A DNA stretch of 64,000 bases from an uncultured Candidatus Rokubacteria bacterium (GTDB lineage: Bacteria > Methylomirabilota > Methylomirabilia > Rokubacteriales > DASRDR01): assembly GCA_963805625.1 (NCBI GenBank), contig CAWDVE010000011.1, forward strand, positions 96,001 to 160,000, written 5' to 3'. Shown here piece by piece: positions 19,393 to 29,940 of the stretch. The notes beneath the pieces are model-generated. The model ran no database searches and was not told where the DNA came from. It saw only the letters and a program-made list of their open reading frames with translations. Position 1 is the stretch's first letter; every line of letters starts with the position of its first letter. The position numbers and the translations under genes are program-made.

Positions 19393-20181
19393 TCACCGAC
19401 CGCGAAAGACCGGCGGGCGCTTCTCCGTGAACGCGCGGACCCCTTCGGCGAAGTCCTCGCTGTGGCTGCTCTGCGCGATCGCCTGGCTCTCGTGCTCCAT
19501 CTGGGTCTCGAGGCTCTCGGTCGTCGAGAGGTGGAGAAGCCGCTTGCCGCGCCCGAGCGCGAGGGTCGGCCCCTGGGCGAGCTCCGCGGCCAGGGCTCGC
19601 ACCGCGCCGGGGAACTCCGCGTCGGGAACAGCCCGCGTCGCGAGCCCCCACTCCACGGCGTCCTTCGCGGTGAGCACGCGGTTCGTGTAGAAGAGCTCCA
19701 TCGCCCGGCGGATGCCGCAGAGTCGCGGCAGCCAGTAGGTCGACGACCCGTCCGGCGTGGCGGCGATGCGCGAGTAGGCCATCGTGAACCGCGCGGACTC
19801 GGCGGCGACCACGAGATCGCCCGCCAGCGCGAGCGCCAGCCCGCCGCCGGCGGCCACGCCGTTGACGGCGGTGATCACGGGCTTCGGCGTCCGCACGAGC
19901 CGCGAGACCACTCCGTGGATGAACGTCGTCAGCTCCTTGATCAGGATCCCGATGCGCGGCAGGCTCTGTGTGAACTCCTTGACGTCCCCGCCGCCGCAGA
20001 AGGCCTTCCCCGCTCCGGTGAGCACGACGCAGCGCACGGCCGGGTCCTCGTCCACCTCGAGCACCGCGCCGAAGAGCTCCCGGCCGAGCGTGAGGCTGAG
20101 CGCGTTGTAGGCCTCCGGGCGGTTCAGGGTGATGGTGGCGATACCCTGGGCGACGTCGAGCGTGATGGTTTCGTAGCGCAT
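19393..20181 (-). CDS. enoyl-CoA hydratase/isomerase (PaaG-like crotonase)
   Basis: TLNRPEAYNAL, AFCGGGDV, AVNGVAAGGG, PDGSSTYWLPR, F.EKRPPVF. Confidence 0.92.
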   Translation of the reverse strand: MRYETITLDVAQGIATITLNRPEAYNALSLTLGRELFGAVLEVDEDPAVRCVVLTGAGKAFCGGGDVKEFTQSLPRIGILIKELTTFIHGVVSRLVRTPKPVITAVNGVAAGGGLALALAGDLVVAAESARFTMAYSRIAATPDGSSTYWLPRLCGIRRAMELFYTNRVLTAKDAVEWGLATRAVPDAEFPGAVRALAAELAQGPTLALGRGKRLLHLSTTESLETQMEHESQAIAQSSHSEDFAEGVRAFTEKRPPVFRGR

Positions 20182-20292
20182 CGAGTGTCTCTCCCTCTCC
20201 GGGGTTTGACCCCGGCGACGGCCGCATTCTGCCACGCGCGCCGAGCCAGCCGCCAGCGTGTGCGCCGGGAGGAACTTCGGTAGAATGAGCGG

Positions 20293-21414
20293 GTGACCCA
20301 GCGCCTCACCTGGTTCGTCGCCGTCATCCTCGTGGCCGCGCTCCTCGTCCTCGGGGGCATCGTCTCGATCCGCGTCGACGTCCACCCGCCGCGCTGGGCG
20401 GCCGCCGAGTTCTGGACGAACGCGCCGAAGGACGGACCGCTCCCGCCCGCGTACCAGCTCTGGGTCGACCTCGCCAAGGCGGCGCGGCCCGCCGTCGTCA
20501 ACGTCAGCACGCAGGCGCCCATGTCGGATCCGCGTGCCGAGTTCTTTCGCCGCTTCTTCGAGGGCGGGCCTCCCGGCAGCAGCCCGCGGTCGAGTCTCGG
20601 CTCCGGGTTCATCATCTCGTCTGACGGCTACGTCGTGACCAACAACCACGTCGTGGCGAGCGGCGGCGACATCATCGTGCGCCTCTCGCGGGGCACCGAG
20701 CACGCCGCGCGTGTCGTGGGCACCGACCCGCCGACGGACCTCGCCCTGCTGAAGATCGACACCTCGACCCTGGCGGTGCTCCCCCTGGGCGACTCGGACC
20801 GGCTGCAAGTCGGGGAGCCCGTGATGGCGATCGGCAACCCGTTCGGCCTCGACCAGACCGTGACGACCGGGATCGTGAGCGCCAAGGAGCGGTTCATCGG
20901 GAGCGGGCCGTACGACGAGTTCGTCCAGACCGACGCGTCGATCAACCCGGGTAACTCGGGAGGGCCGCTGCTCGACAGCCGCGGCGCGGTCGTCGGGATC
21001 AACAGCGCGATCTTCTCCCAGTCGGGCGGCTCCATCGGGATCGGCTTCGCGATCCCGATCAACCTCGCGAAGACCGTCCTGCTACAGCTCCGGGACCGAG
21101 GCGCGGTTGTCCGCGGCTACCTCGGGGTGGCCGTCCGCCCGGTCACGCCGGAGGCGGCCGAGTCCGCCGGGCTCAAGGAGCAGAAGGGCGTCGTCATCGA
21201 GAACGTCGTCGAGGGCTCTCCGGCCGAGAAGGCGGGCGTCCAGAAGGGCGACGTGATCGTCGCCGTCAACGACCAGGCCGTCGCCGCGCCGCAGGAGCTC
21301 ACCCGCCGGATCGTCGGGACCGCGCCCGGCACGCGGGTCGAGCTTTCGCTCGTGCGCAAGGGCAAGCCGCTCAAGCTGCCCGTCGAGCTCGGCCGCCTCC
21401 CCGACCGCCGCTGA
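20293..21414 (+). CDS. HtrA/DegP-like serine protease with one PDZ domain
   Basis: TNNHVV, DLALLK, QTDASINPGNSGGPL, RGYLGV. Confidence 0.95.
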   Translation: MTQRLTWFVAVILVAALLVLGGIVSIRVDVHPPRWAAAEFWTNAPKDGPLPPAYQLWVDLAKAARPAVVNVSTQAPMSDPRAEFFRRFFEGGPPGSSPRSSLGSGFIISSDGYVVTNNHVVASGGDIIVRLSRGTEHAARVVGTDPPTDLALLKIDTSTLAVLPLGDSDRLQVGEPVMAIGNPFGLDQTVTTGIVSAKERFIGSGPYDEFVQTDASINPGNSGGPLLDSRGAVVGINSAIFSQSGGSIGIGFAIPINLAKTVLLQLRDRGAVVRGYLGVAVRPVTPEAAESAGLKEQKGVVIENVVEGSPAEKAGVQKGDVIVAVNDQAVAAPQELTRRIVGTAPGTRVELSLVRKGKPLKLPVELGRLPDRR

Positions 21415-21419
21415 CCCCG

Positions 21420-22253
21420 TCGCCGACCGGCGCACCGGCACGCGCGTGGCCCGACGCCGCGCGGCAAGCGCCGGGCGCCAGCCGGGGCACCCCGGCCGCC
21501 TCGCGGCCTGTCCGGCCCGCCCGGGCCCGGCCCGCGGTCCACGACGCCGACAAGATCGCCCGCGATCTCGATGTCCGGCGCGGTCGGCCGGTTGAGTCGC
21601 GTCTCGGCCCGCCAGAGCGCGCGCCCGGTCGCCCCGTCGAACGCCTGCACCACCCCGTCGGCGGTAAGGACGGTGATCCGCCCGCCGCCGACTGCCAGGC
21701 ACTGGCGGCAGGCCCCGTGGATCGCGTCGGACATCACCGCCGTCCACAGCGACGCCCCCGTGCCGAGCGCGCGCGCCTCGAGCCGCTCGCGGAACGCGAC
21801 GAGCACGCGGTCGCTGTCGAGCCACAGGCGCACCAGACCCGCATCCGGCCCCGTCACGCCGTCGAGCGCAAGATCCCAGCGCGCCTTGTCCGCCGGCGGC
21901 AGGGCGATCCTGGTGAGGTACACGCGCGCCCCGCCCGACTACCTCGCCCCCGAGCGGACCACCTCGGCGACCGGCTGGGCGTTCTCCTGGCTCAGGACGA
22001 CGGCGCCCTCAGCGAGCGGGAGGACGGCGCCCCGCGCGACCCGTCCGCCTTCGAAGAGGAGCGCCCGGAGCTCCGGCACCCCGAAGAGCGTGCGGTAGAG
22101 CCCGAGCCCGACGCCGCCCACCATGAGGATCGGCAAGCCGATCGCGACCACGATCGCCATCACGAGCCCGAGGCCCCGCAAGCGGCGCCGGCGACGGGCC
22201 GGCGGGCCGCCTGGGCCCCCCGAACCCCCGGTGGTGATGCGGATCACCTGCAC
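21420..22253 (-). pseudogene. membrane-anchored PQQ-like beta-propeller protein, interrupted by in-frame TAG (21939-21941) and apparently truncated
   Basis: TM segment GLGLVMAIVVAIGLPILMVGG; ARALGTGASLW and AFDGATGRALW repeats in the same frame after the TAG. Confidence 0.6.
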
Positions 22254-22291
22254 GCGAGACGCTGGTCTTCGTGACGCCGCCGATGGACGCG

Positions 22292-23064
22292 TCACGCAGC
22301 TCCGCGAGGAATCCGCGGATCGCGGCGTTGACCAGGGCGGGCTGCGCCAGCTGGGGAAAGTGCCCGGCGCCCGGGATCTCCAGCAGGCGCGCTCCCGGAA
22401 TCGTCTCCGCGAGGAACCGGCCGTACCGGAGCGGCGTGAGGCGGTCCTCGGTGCCCCGTCACGATGAGCGTGGGCGTCCGGATCCCGGCGAGGCGGTCCC
22501 GGACATCGAACCGGTCGCAGGCGAGGTAGTCGCCAAGCGTCACGAGCGCCACCCCCTCGCGCAGGACGCGATGGACCATCTCGACGCACTCCCGCGGAGC
22601 GGCGGCGCCGAACGAGAGGTCCTGGATGAGGTTCTGCCCTTCCCGGGGGTCTTGGCGCAGGAGGTCCACGATCCGGGCCAGCACCCGGAGCCGCGCGCCC
22701 GTGCCGATGAGGATCAACCCGGCGAGGTCCGCCGGCTGCGCGAGCGCGAGGGTCTGCGCGACGGCGCCACCCATGGAGTGTCCGACGAGGACCGGCGGTT
22801 CGTCGCCGAGCGCCCCGAGAAAGCCGCCGAGCCACTCCGCGTACGCCGCGACGCTGGGCTTGCCTCGACCGCCGAGCGGCCCCTGACCCGGCCGGTCGGG
22901 CGCCACGACCCGCGCGACGTCGGCGAGCCCGTCGAGCTGCGGCTGCCAGAGCTCCGCGGACCCGCCGGCGCCGTGAATCAGGACGAGCGGCGGGCCTGAC
23001 CCCGCCTCGAGCCACGCCGCCGGCTGCCCGGTGACGGACCGGGTGCGCCGGGCGGCCCTATCAC
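22292..23064 (-). pseudogene. alpha/beta hydrolase with frameshifts near 23050 and 22455
   Basis: LVLIHGAGGS, GHSMGG nucleophile elbow, GTEDRLTP and AGHFPQL in a shifted frame. Confidence 0.8.
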
Positions 23065-24173
23065 AGGACCGCGCCGCGCGCGGTGATCGGCCAGAGCGCC
23101 TCGACCCGGCCGCCGCGCACCGCGACGTACCAGTCGTACAGGTTGATCGTCGGGTCGCAGTGACCGGGGATCAGCCACACGCGGTCGCCGAGCCGGAGGC
23201 CCTGGCCCCCGCTCCCGACCCGCAGCACGCCGTGCTCGTCCGACGCCCGCTGGAATTCGACGTCGGCCAGACCGTGGACGCGGGGCATGCCCTTGTCGAC
23301 CGAGAGCGCCTTGAGCCCGGCGTCGACCACCGCGCGCTCGGGGGCCGCGCGGCTCATCACCGTCGCCAGGACGAAGAGCGACTGCGTGAACTCGCGCGGG
23401 AATCCCTCGACGAGGCCGTACTCCACGTCCATGAAACAGTAGGAGCCGGCCTGGACCTCGGTGTAGACGCCGCTCGCGACCTCCCAGCGATAGCTGCCCG
23501 TCCCCGCCCCCGAGACGGTCTCGCAGGCAAGTCCCTGCCGCTTGAGGAGATCGATGGTCTGCCGCACGTCGGCGATGCCCGCCTCGATCGCCGCCCGCCG
23601 CTTCTCCACCTCGTTGATGTGCTGCGCGCGCCCGTAGTAGGCCTGGAGTCCCGCGAAGCGCAGGCCGCGCTGGGCGGCGACGTGTCGGGCCAGCGCGACC
23701 GCCGGTTCGCCGGGCAGGACGCCGCAGCGGAGGTTGCCGACGTCGATCTCGACCAGGACGGGCAAGCGCACCCCCGCGGCGCGCGCCGCCGCGGCGAGGT
23801 CGTCGACGTTCCGCGGATCATCGACGCACACGGAGACCTCGGCCTGCCGGGCGAGCCCGACAAGCCGCTCGATCTTGCGCCGGTCCACGATCTCGTTCGA
23901 GACGAGGACGTTCCGCACGCCCCCGGCGACCATGGCCTCAGCCTCGCTCACCTTCTGGCAGCAGGATCCGACGGCGCCCCGGGCGATCTGGTGAAGCGCG
24001 ACGATGGGGCACTTGTGGGTCTTCGCGTGACCGCGGAGGCGGACGGGCGTGCCGGCGAGCGAGGCGGCCATCAAGTCCAGGTTGTGCTCGTAGGCGTCGA
24101 GGTCGACGACGAGCGCCGGGGTCTCGATGTCGGAAACGGACATCCCTACGTCGGCGGGCGGACGGGTCGTCAT
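23061..24173 (-). CDS. DSD1 / D-threonine aldolase family PLP enzyme (fold type III)
   Basis: ETPALVVD, RGHAKTHK, RCGV, QAGSY, DAGLKALS, SDEHG, PGHCDPT. Confidence 0.92.
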   Translation of the reverse strand: MTTRPPADVGMSVSDIETPALVVDLDAYEHNLDLMAASLAGTPVRLRGHAKTHKCPIVALHQIARGAVGSCCQKVSEAEAMVAGGVRNVLVSNEIVDRRKIERLVGLARQAEVSVCVDDPRNVDDLAAAARAAGVRLPVLVEIDVGNLRCGVLPGEPAVALARHVAAQRGLRFAGLQAYYGRAQHINEVEKRRAAIEAGIADVRQTIDLLKRQGLACETVSGAGTGSYRWEVASGVYTEVQAGSYCFMDVEYGLVEGFPREFTQSLFVLATVMSRAAPERAVVDAGLKALSVDKGMPRVHGLADVEFQRASDEHGVLRVGSGGQGLRLGDRVWLIPGHCDPTINLYDWYVAVRGGRVEALWPITARGAVL

Positions 24174-24264
24174 GAGGGAAGCTCCAGGATGAAGGTGACC
24201 AGGAGAAGCCGAGGGCCGCGCGGCGACGCGCGGCGGGCGTGGGGACTCGAGCGAGATACCGGGT

Positions 24265-25335
24265 TCACAGGCGCGGGAGCACCTCGTCGACGAGGAGCCG
24301 CATGGACCGTGTCCATGCCTCGCGCGGCTCCCACTCGTGGCCGATGACGAGGAGCGTCCCGAAGTCGCCCACGTCGGCGCGGAGGGCGCGGATGCAGCGG
24401 ACCACCTCGTCGGGATCGCCCACGAGCCAGGTGTTGTCCGCCAGGTACTCGAGCGTGACCGCGCTGTCGGGCATCCCGGGATCCTGCTTGAGCATCTCCA
24501 GGCCACGCCCCTTCTTGATCAGCGGGAAGAAGTAGCCGGTCCAGTCCCGCGCCATCGGGCCGGCGAGCGCCTGACGGCGCGCCTCCGCCGTCGTATCGGC
24601 GATGAAGACGTCGCGGGCGATGCGCCAGGTCGCGCGATCGGCCACGCGCCCTCCCTGCCGCGCCCCCGCCTCGACCGAGCTCCAGTGCGTCTTGAGAACG
24701 CGGGGCGGCACGAAGTTGATGCTCATGGGGATGTAGCCGCGCTCACCGGCCAGGGCCAGCGTGTCCGACTTCTCGCTGACGCCCGCGACGGCGATCTGCG
24801 GGTGGGGCCGCTGATAGGGCCGGAGGTGGAGCCGGAGCGCGATGTCCTCCTGCGGCTCCGGGACGCGGAACCGCCAGTGGGGCGCCTCGTAGATGCCCGG
24901 CTTCGGGTCGTTCCAGAGGTCGAGGATCAGATCGAGCGCCGCGCGCGTGACCGTGCGGTGCTCGCCGGCCTTCGCGTCGAGCTCGAAGAGCTCGAGGTCG
25001 CCCGGGAAGCCACCCGAGCCGACGCCCCAAAGGAACCGGCCCTGCGCCATCTGGTCGAGCTGGGCGATGCGCTGGGCCAGCATCAAGGGGTTGTGGTTCG
25101 GGAGGCACGACACGCCGGTCCCCAGCTTCATCCGGCGCGTCACCCCGAGCGCCTGGGCGATGAAGAGGTCGGGGCACGGGATATTCTCCCACTCCGCCGT
25201 GATGTGCTCGCCGACCCATGCCTCCTCGTAGCCGAGCTGGTCCAGGAAGACGAGCTGCTCGAGGTCGTCGGCCATCGTGAGGCCGGGATCCGCACCGGGC
25301 GGGTGGAGAGGCATCGTGAAGTAGCCGACGTGCAT
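24265..25335 (-). CDS. luciferase-like (LLM) flavin-dependent monooxygenase
   Basis: FTMPLHPP, AWVGEH, KLGTGV, LDQMAQGR, QRPHP. Confidence 0.92.
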   Translation of the reverse strand: MHVGYFTMPLHPPGADPGLTMADDLEQLVFLDQLGYEEAWVGEHITAEWENIPCPDLFIAQALGVTRRMKLGTGVSCLPNHNPLMLAQRIAQLDQMAQGRFLWGVGSGGFPGDLELFELDAKAGEHRTVTRAALDLILDLWNDPKPGIYEAPHWRFRVPEPQEDIALRLHLRPYQRPHPQIAVAGVSEKSDTLALAGERGYIPMSINFVPPRVLKTHWSSVEAGARQGGRVADRATWRIARDVFIADTTAEARRQALAGPMARDWTGYFFPLIKKGRGLEMLKQDPGMPDSAVTLEYLADNTWLVGDPDEVVRCIRALRADVGDFGTLLVIGHEWEPREAWTRSMRLLVDEVLPRL

Positions 25336-25485
25336 CCAGGCCTCCCTGTCGTGCCGAGGGCCGGCTCGGGCCGGCCCAGACGTGACCCGGTTAGCCTACC
25401 ACGGGGCGTCGCGGCCGGCGGGCCGGCGATGTAGACTGATCGGCGGTCCCGATTTCATTTCCCCGAACCAGGAGGAACAACCCCG

Positions 25486-26598
25486 ATGTCAGAGACGGGC
25501 CGGCTGGCGGCGTGGATGGGCCTGGGCAAGGGCTTCGAGATCCGCGAGTACCCGGTGCCGGATCCCAAGCCCGGCGCGCTCCTCGTCAAGGTCGCGATCG
25601 CGAACGTCTGCGGCTCCGACATGCACTACTGGAAGGGTGAGCAAGATATGGAGAAGCGGGGGCGGAAGCTCCCGCTGAATACCGGCCACGAGCACATGGG
25701 CACGGTCTGCCGCCTCGGCGACGGGGTGACAACCGACTCGGCGGGCCAGCCCCTCCGCGAGGGCGACCGCGTCATCTACCGCTACTTCCTGCCCTGCGGG
25801 CGCTGCCGCGCCTGCCTTCGCCGTCAGTTCAAGTCGTGCCCCACACGCCAGTCGAACTGGAGCGTGTCCTGCGACGTGTGGCCGCATTTCCAGGGGGGGT
25901 ACGGCGACTACTTTTACCTCGGGCCCAATCACGCGATCTTCCGGATCCCCGACGAGATCACCGACGAGATGGCCGCGGGCATCAACTGCGCGTTCACCCA
26001 GGTCTATGCGGCCCTCGAGATCGCGGGGTTCAAGGCGGGACGGACGGTCGCGATCCAGGGAGCGGGAGGGCTCGGCGTCTACGCGTGCGCCGTCGCTCGC
26101 GAGATGGGCGCCGCCAAGGTGATCGTGATCGACGGCGTCGAGGAGCGCCTCGCGCTCGCCCGGGACTTCGGCGCCGACGAGCTGGTGGACCTCCGCGAGT
26201 GCCCGACGCCCGCGGCGCGGATCGAGCGCGTGCTGGAGCTCACGGAGCGGTGGGGGGCCGACGTGGTGATGGAGCTGGTCGGCAATCCGAACGTCGTCGA
26301 CGAGGGGCTGCGAATGACGGCGCCCGAGGGCGCGTACCTCGAGGTCGGCAACATCAACGTCGGCTGGGAGACGCGGTTCGACCCCTCGTGGATCCTGTTC
26401 GGCAACCGCCGGATCATCGGCGTGGCCCACTACGAGGCCGAGCACCTGAAGGCCGCCCTCGACCTCATGATCCGGACACGCCAGCGATACCCGTACGACC
26501 GCATCCTCTCCCACAAGTTCCCGCTCGTCGAGATCAACGAGGCCTTCCGGCAGCAGGAGGACGGCCACGTCACGCGCGGGGCGATCGTCCCGAACTGA
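25486..26598 (+). CDS. zinc-binding dehydrogenase (MDR family)
   Basis: CGSDMH, GHE, CGRCRAC...C, GAGGLG. Confidence 0.93.
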   Translation: MSETGRLAAWMGLGKGFEIREYPVPDPKPGALLVKVAIANVCGSDMHYWKGEQDMEKRGRKLPLNTGHEHMGTVCRLGDGVTTDSAGQPLREGDRVIYRYFLPCGRCRACLRRQFKSCPTRQSNWSVSCDVWPHFQGGYGDYFYLGPNHAIFRIPDEITDEMAAGINCAFTQVYAALEIAGFKAGRTVAIQGAGGLGVYACAVAREMGAAKVIVIDGVEERLALARDFGADELVDLRECPTPAARIERVLELTERWGADVVMELVGNPNVVDEGLRMTAPEGAYLEVGNINVGWETRFDPSWILFGNRRIIGVAHYEAEHLKAALDLMIRTRQRYPYDRILSHKFPLVEINEAFRQQEDGHVTRGAIVPN

Positions 26599-26893
26599 TC
26601 AGCCGCGCCCGGCCGGCACCCCGGCCCGGAAGGGGCGCGCTATACTCGGCCAGCATGGACGGTCCGGTCGCCACGCGCTCAAGGGCAGCGGCCGGCCCCG
26701 GGCCCGAGCATCGGCAAGCCGCAGCCGAGTCGCATCAAAACCTCCTGACGTCGCGGATGGGGATTGCGCGGCGGGAGCGCCCCGACGGCCTCGCATCTGG
26801 CCGTCTCGCCTTGACAGGCGTCGGGCCCCTGGCCCAGACTGATCGCCGCACGTGAACGCCGAATCCGATCTTAGCATGCCAAAGGAGGGTGTC

Positions 26894-28246
26894 ATGGACG
26901 ACACTCGGTCCGGCCCGCGCGTCGACGCCGTCTCGCGCCGCACCGTGCTCCGCCTCGGGGGCGCCGCCCTCGCGGGCGCCGCCACGGGGCCGTTCGTCTT
27001 CACACCCGCACGCGCCCAGGGCTTCAACTGGAAGCGCTTCCAGGGGAAGGAGCTGTTCTTCCTCTTCTACAAGCACCCGTGGGTCGACGAGATGGTGAAG
27101 CATGTCCCGGAGTTCGAGTCGATGACCGGGATGAAGGTCAAGCACGAGATCCTGCCCGAGGTCCAGGGCCGCCAGAAGCTGGTCGTCGAGATGACGGGCG
27201 GCTCGGGCGGGGTCGACGGCTTCCACTCGTCCACGCACGTCGAGAAGCGCCGCTTCTGGAAGTCGGGCTGGTACCAGCCGATCAACAAGTACCTCGAGGA
27301 CGCGACATTGACGCCGCCCGACTTCGACTGGAACGACATCCTGCCGGGGGCGAAGCTCGCCGTGCAGCAGCCGGACCAGTCGATCAGCGGCATCCCGACC
27401 TTCGTCGATCCCTTCGTCCTGTTCTACCGGAAGGACCTCTACGACCAGAAGGGATGGAAGGCGCCCAAGACGGTGGCCGAGATGGAGACCCAGGCGAAGG
27501 CGCTCCACGGGCCCCCCGGCATGTACGGCATCGTCTACCGCGGGCTCAAGAACGCGAACGCGACGCCCTGGGCCTACCTGCTGTACGCGATGGGCGGCGA
27601 CTACCTCACGAAGGACGGCAAGTCGGCCATCAACACGCCCGAGTGGGCGAAGACCATGGACCTCTACGCGGGCATGCTCCGCCAGTACGGCCCGCCGGGC
27701 GTCGTGAACTTCAACTGGTACGAGTGCTCGGCGGCCTTCATGCAAGGCCAGGTGGGCATCTACTTCGACGGAGTCAACTTCGCCAACCAGTTCGAGGACC
27801 CGGCCAAGTCGAAGATCGCCGGCAAGGTCGCGTACTCGGTCCTACCGGCGGGTCCGGGCGGCCACCACACGTGCACCTTCACGAACGCAATGGCCGTGTC
27901 CGCCCAGAGCAAGAACAAGGAGGCCGCGTACCTCTTCTGCTGCTGGTCGACGAACAAGCAGAACGCCGTCCGAGAGCTCCTGGCCGGCGTCGGGGTGGGC
28001 CGCGCTTCGACGTGGGCGAACCCCGAGGTCAAGGCGAAGCCGAAGATGCCGCAGAGCTGGTACGACGCGTACCTGGAGTCGCTCAAGATCGGGAAGCCCG
28101 GCCTCCCCGAGATCAACAGCGTCACCGAGTACCGGGACATCATCGGCGTCGCCATCCAGAAGGCGATCGAGGGCATGCCCTCGGCCCAGGCACTGGCGGA
28201 GGCGCACAAGGACTTCCAGGATCTCCTGAACCGCACCGAAAGCTAG
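26894..28246 (+). CDS. Tat-exported sugar-family ABC substrate-binding protein (copy 1)
   Basis: SRRTVL twin-arginine signal, ARA cleavage site, LFYRKDL, SKNKEAA; AAGGAGG RBS. Confidence 0.9.
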   Translation: MDDTRSGPRVDAVSRRTVLRLGGAALAGAATGPFVFTPARAQGFNWKRFQGKELFFLFYKHPWVDEMVKHVPEFESMTGMKVKHEILPEVQGRQKLVVEMTGGSGGVDGFHSSTHVEKRRFWKSGWYQPINKYLEDATLTPPDFDWNDILPGAKLAVQQPDQSISGIPTFVDPFVLFYRKDLYDQKGWKAPKTVAEMETQAKALHGPPGMYGIVYRGLKNANATPWAYLLYAMGGDYLTKDGKSAINTPEWAKTMDLYAGMLRQYGPPGVVNFNWYECSAAFMQGQVGIYFDGVNFANQFEDPAKSKIAGKVAYSVLPAGPGGHHTCTFTNAMAVSAQSKNKEAAYLFCCWSTNKQNAVRELLAGVGVGRASTWANPEVKAKPKMPQSWYDAYLESLKIGKPGLPEINSVTEYRDIIGVAIQKAIEGMPSAQALAEAHKDFQDLLNRTES

Positions 28247-28394
28247 GCGCCATCCGGATCTGCTGAGGCGGGTGGCGTCGGGCTGCTGGCCCGGCCGCGC
28301 GAAGTGAGACCCTCGTCAGGGTGACGGAGCGCGGCCGGGCTATAGAGCCCGTCGACAGGACCCGCCGCATCCCGGCCGCCATGAGGGAGCACAC

Positions 28395-29093
28395 GTGGCC
28401 CGACGGACTCTCGATCCCGCGCTCTTGGCCGAGCTCGCCTCGGTGGACACGCCCACGATCTGCAACGCCATCGAGGCGTTCAAGCACCGCGACGACAGCG
28501 AAGGCTTCATGGGCGCGCGCGTGCGCTGCCTCACCCCCGAGCTCGGCGTGATGGTCGGCTATGCGGTGACCGCGACCTGCGACAGCATGACGCCGGGCCA
28601 GCCGCGCCGGCGCGAGCCGTTCATGGCGCTCTGGGAGACGCTGGCCGCAGCGCCCAAGCCCGCCGTCCTCGTCTTCCAGGACGTGAGCCCGGCGGCCACC
28701 CACTCGGTGCACCTCGGCGACGTGATGGCGACGATCGGCGCGCGGCTGGGGGCGGTCGGCCTCGTCACCGACGGCGCCGTGCGCGACCTCGAGGGCATCC
28801 GGCCCCTCCGCTTCCACCTCTTCGCGCTCGGCGTGGCGCCGTCCCACGGCACGTTCAACGTTCTCGACGTCGGCGTCCCCGTCGTTGTCGACGGGGTCCG
28901 CATCGCGCCGGGCGACCTCGTGCACGCCGACTCGAACGGCGTCACCACGGTGCCGATCGAGATCGCCGACCGCGTCTACGCGCAGTGCCGGACGGTCCAC
29001 GAGCACGAGCGCTCGCTCCGCGAGTACGTGATCGGCAGGGACTTCAGCCTCGAGGGCCTACGCGAGCGGGTCCTCGGCAAGGCGTCTCACTAG
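28395..29093 (+). CDS. RraA / HMG-aldolase family protein
   Basis: DTPTICNAIE, MVGYAVT, VTDGAVRD, PGDLVHADSNGV. Confidence 0.9.
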   Translation: MARRTLDPALLAELASVDTPTICNAIEAFKHRDDSEGFMGARVRCLTPELGVMVGYAVTATCDSMTPGQPRRREPFMALWETLAAAPKPAVLVFQDVSPAATHSVHLGDVMATIGARLGAVGLVTDGAVRDLEGIRPLRFHLFALGVAPSHGTFNVLDVGVPVVVDGVRIAPGDLVHADSNGVTTVPIEIADRVYAQCRTVHEHERSLREYVIGRDFSLEGLRERVLGKASH

Positions 29094-29887
29094 TGGCCGT
29101 GCGTAGGCTCGAGAGCCAGGTCGCCATCGTCACCGGCGCGGGGAGCGGCATCGGCCGCGCGACGGCCCTCCTGCTCGGAGCCGAGGGCGCCACCGTGGTG
29201 GTCGCGGGCCGCCGACAGGCGCCGCTCGACGCCCTCGTCGCCGAGATCACCCGCGCGGACGGCCGGGCGGACGCCCGGACGACCGACGTCGGTGACCCGG
29301 ACCAGGCGGCCGCGCTCGCGCGGTGGACCGTCGAGCATCACGGGCGCGTCGACATCCTGGTCAACAACGCGGGGTCCAGCAGCCGCATCCGCAACGTCCG
29401 CTGGGTCGGCCGGGAGGAGTGGGAGCGCGTGTTCGCCGTCAACATGACCGGCGTCTACGCGCTCACCCAGGCCGTGCTGCCCGACATGATCGCGCGTGGC
29501 GGCGGGACGATCGTCACCGTCTCGTCCGCCGCCGCCCTCCGGCCCGGACTTCTCGGGGGCGCGCCCTACGGCGCGGCGAAGGCCGCCGTCCGGAACCTCA
29601 TGGGCCACATCCACACGGTGCTCCGCGACAAGGGCATCCGGGCGACGACGATCCTGCCGGCCGAGGTCGACACGCCCATCCTCGAGAACCGGCCGCTGGT
29701 CCCCGACGCGCGCGCCCGCGCCACGATGATGCAGCCCGAGGACGTGGCGGCCGCCATCCTCCTCTGCGTCACGCTGCCGCCGCGCACCGTCGTCGAGGAG
29801 ATCGTGCTGAGCCCGACCGTCGCCCGCGACCTGAGCGCCGATCTCGTCGTGGCGCGCGATCTCGGAGGACCCACGGCCGCGCCCTGA
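29093..29887 (+). CDS. SDR family oxidoreductase
   Basis: TGAGSGIG, NNAG, YGAAK. Confidence 0.93.
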   Translation: MAVRRLESQVAIVTGAGSGIGRATALLLGAEGATVVVAGRRQAPLDALVAEITRADGRADARTTDVGDPDQAAALARWTVEHHGRVDILVNNAGSSSRIRNVRWVGREEWERVFAVNMTGVYALTQAVLPDMIARGGGTIVTVSSAAALRPGLLGGAPYGAAKAAVRNLMGHIHTVLRDKGIRATTILPAEVDTPILENRPLVPDARARATMMQPEDVAAAILLCVTLPPRTVVEEIVLSPTVARDLSADLVVARDLGGPTAAP

Positions 29888-29940
29888 CTGGCCCGGCCGG
29901 CCGTCGACAACGCCCGGATTCCCAGGCAAAGGAGGACCCG

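Noticed and set aside
21939-21941. Pyrrolysine readthrough
   Set aside because: Not a methyltransferase context, no pyl genes in the window, and the gene looks truncated.
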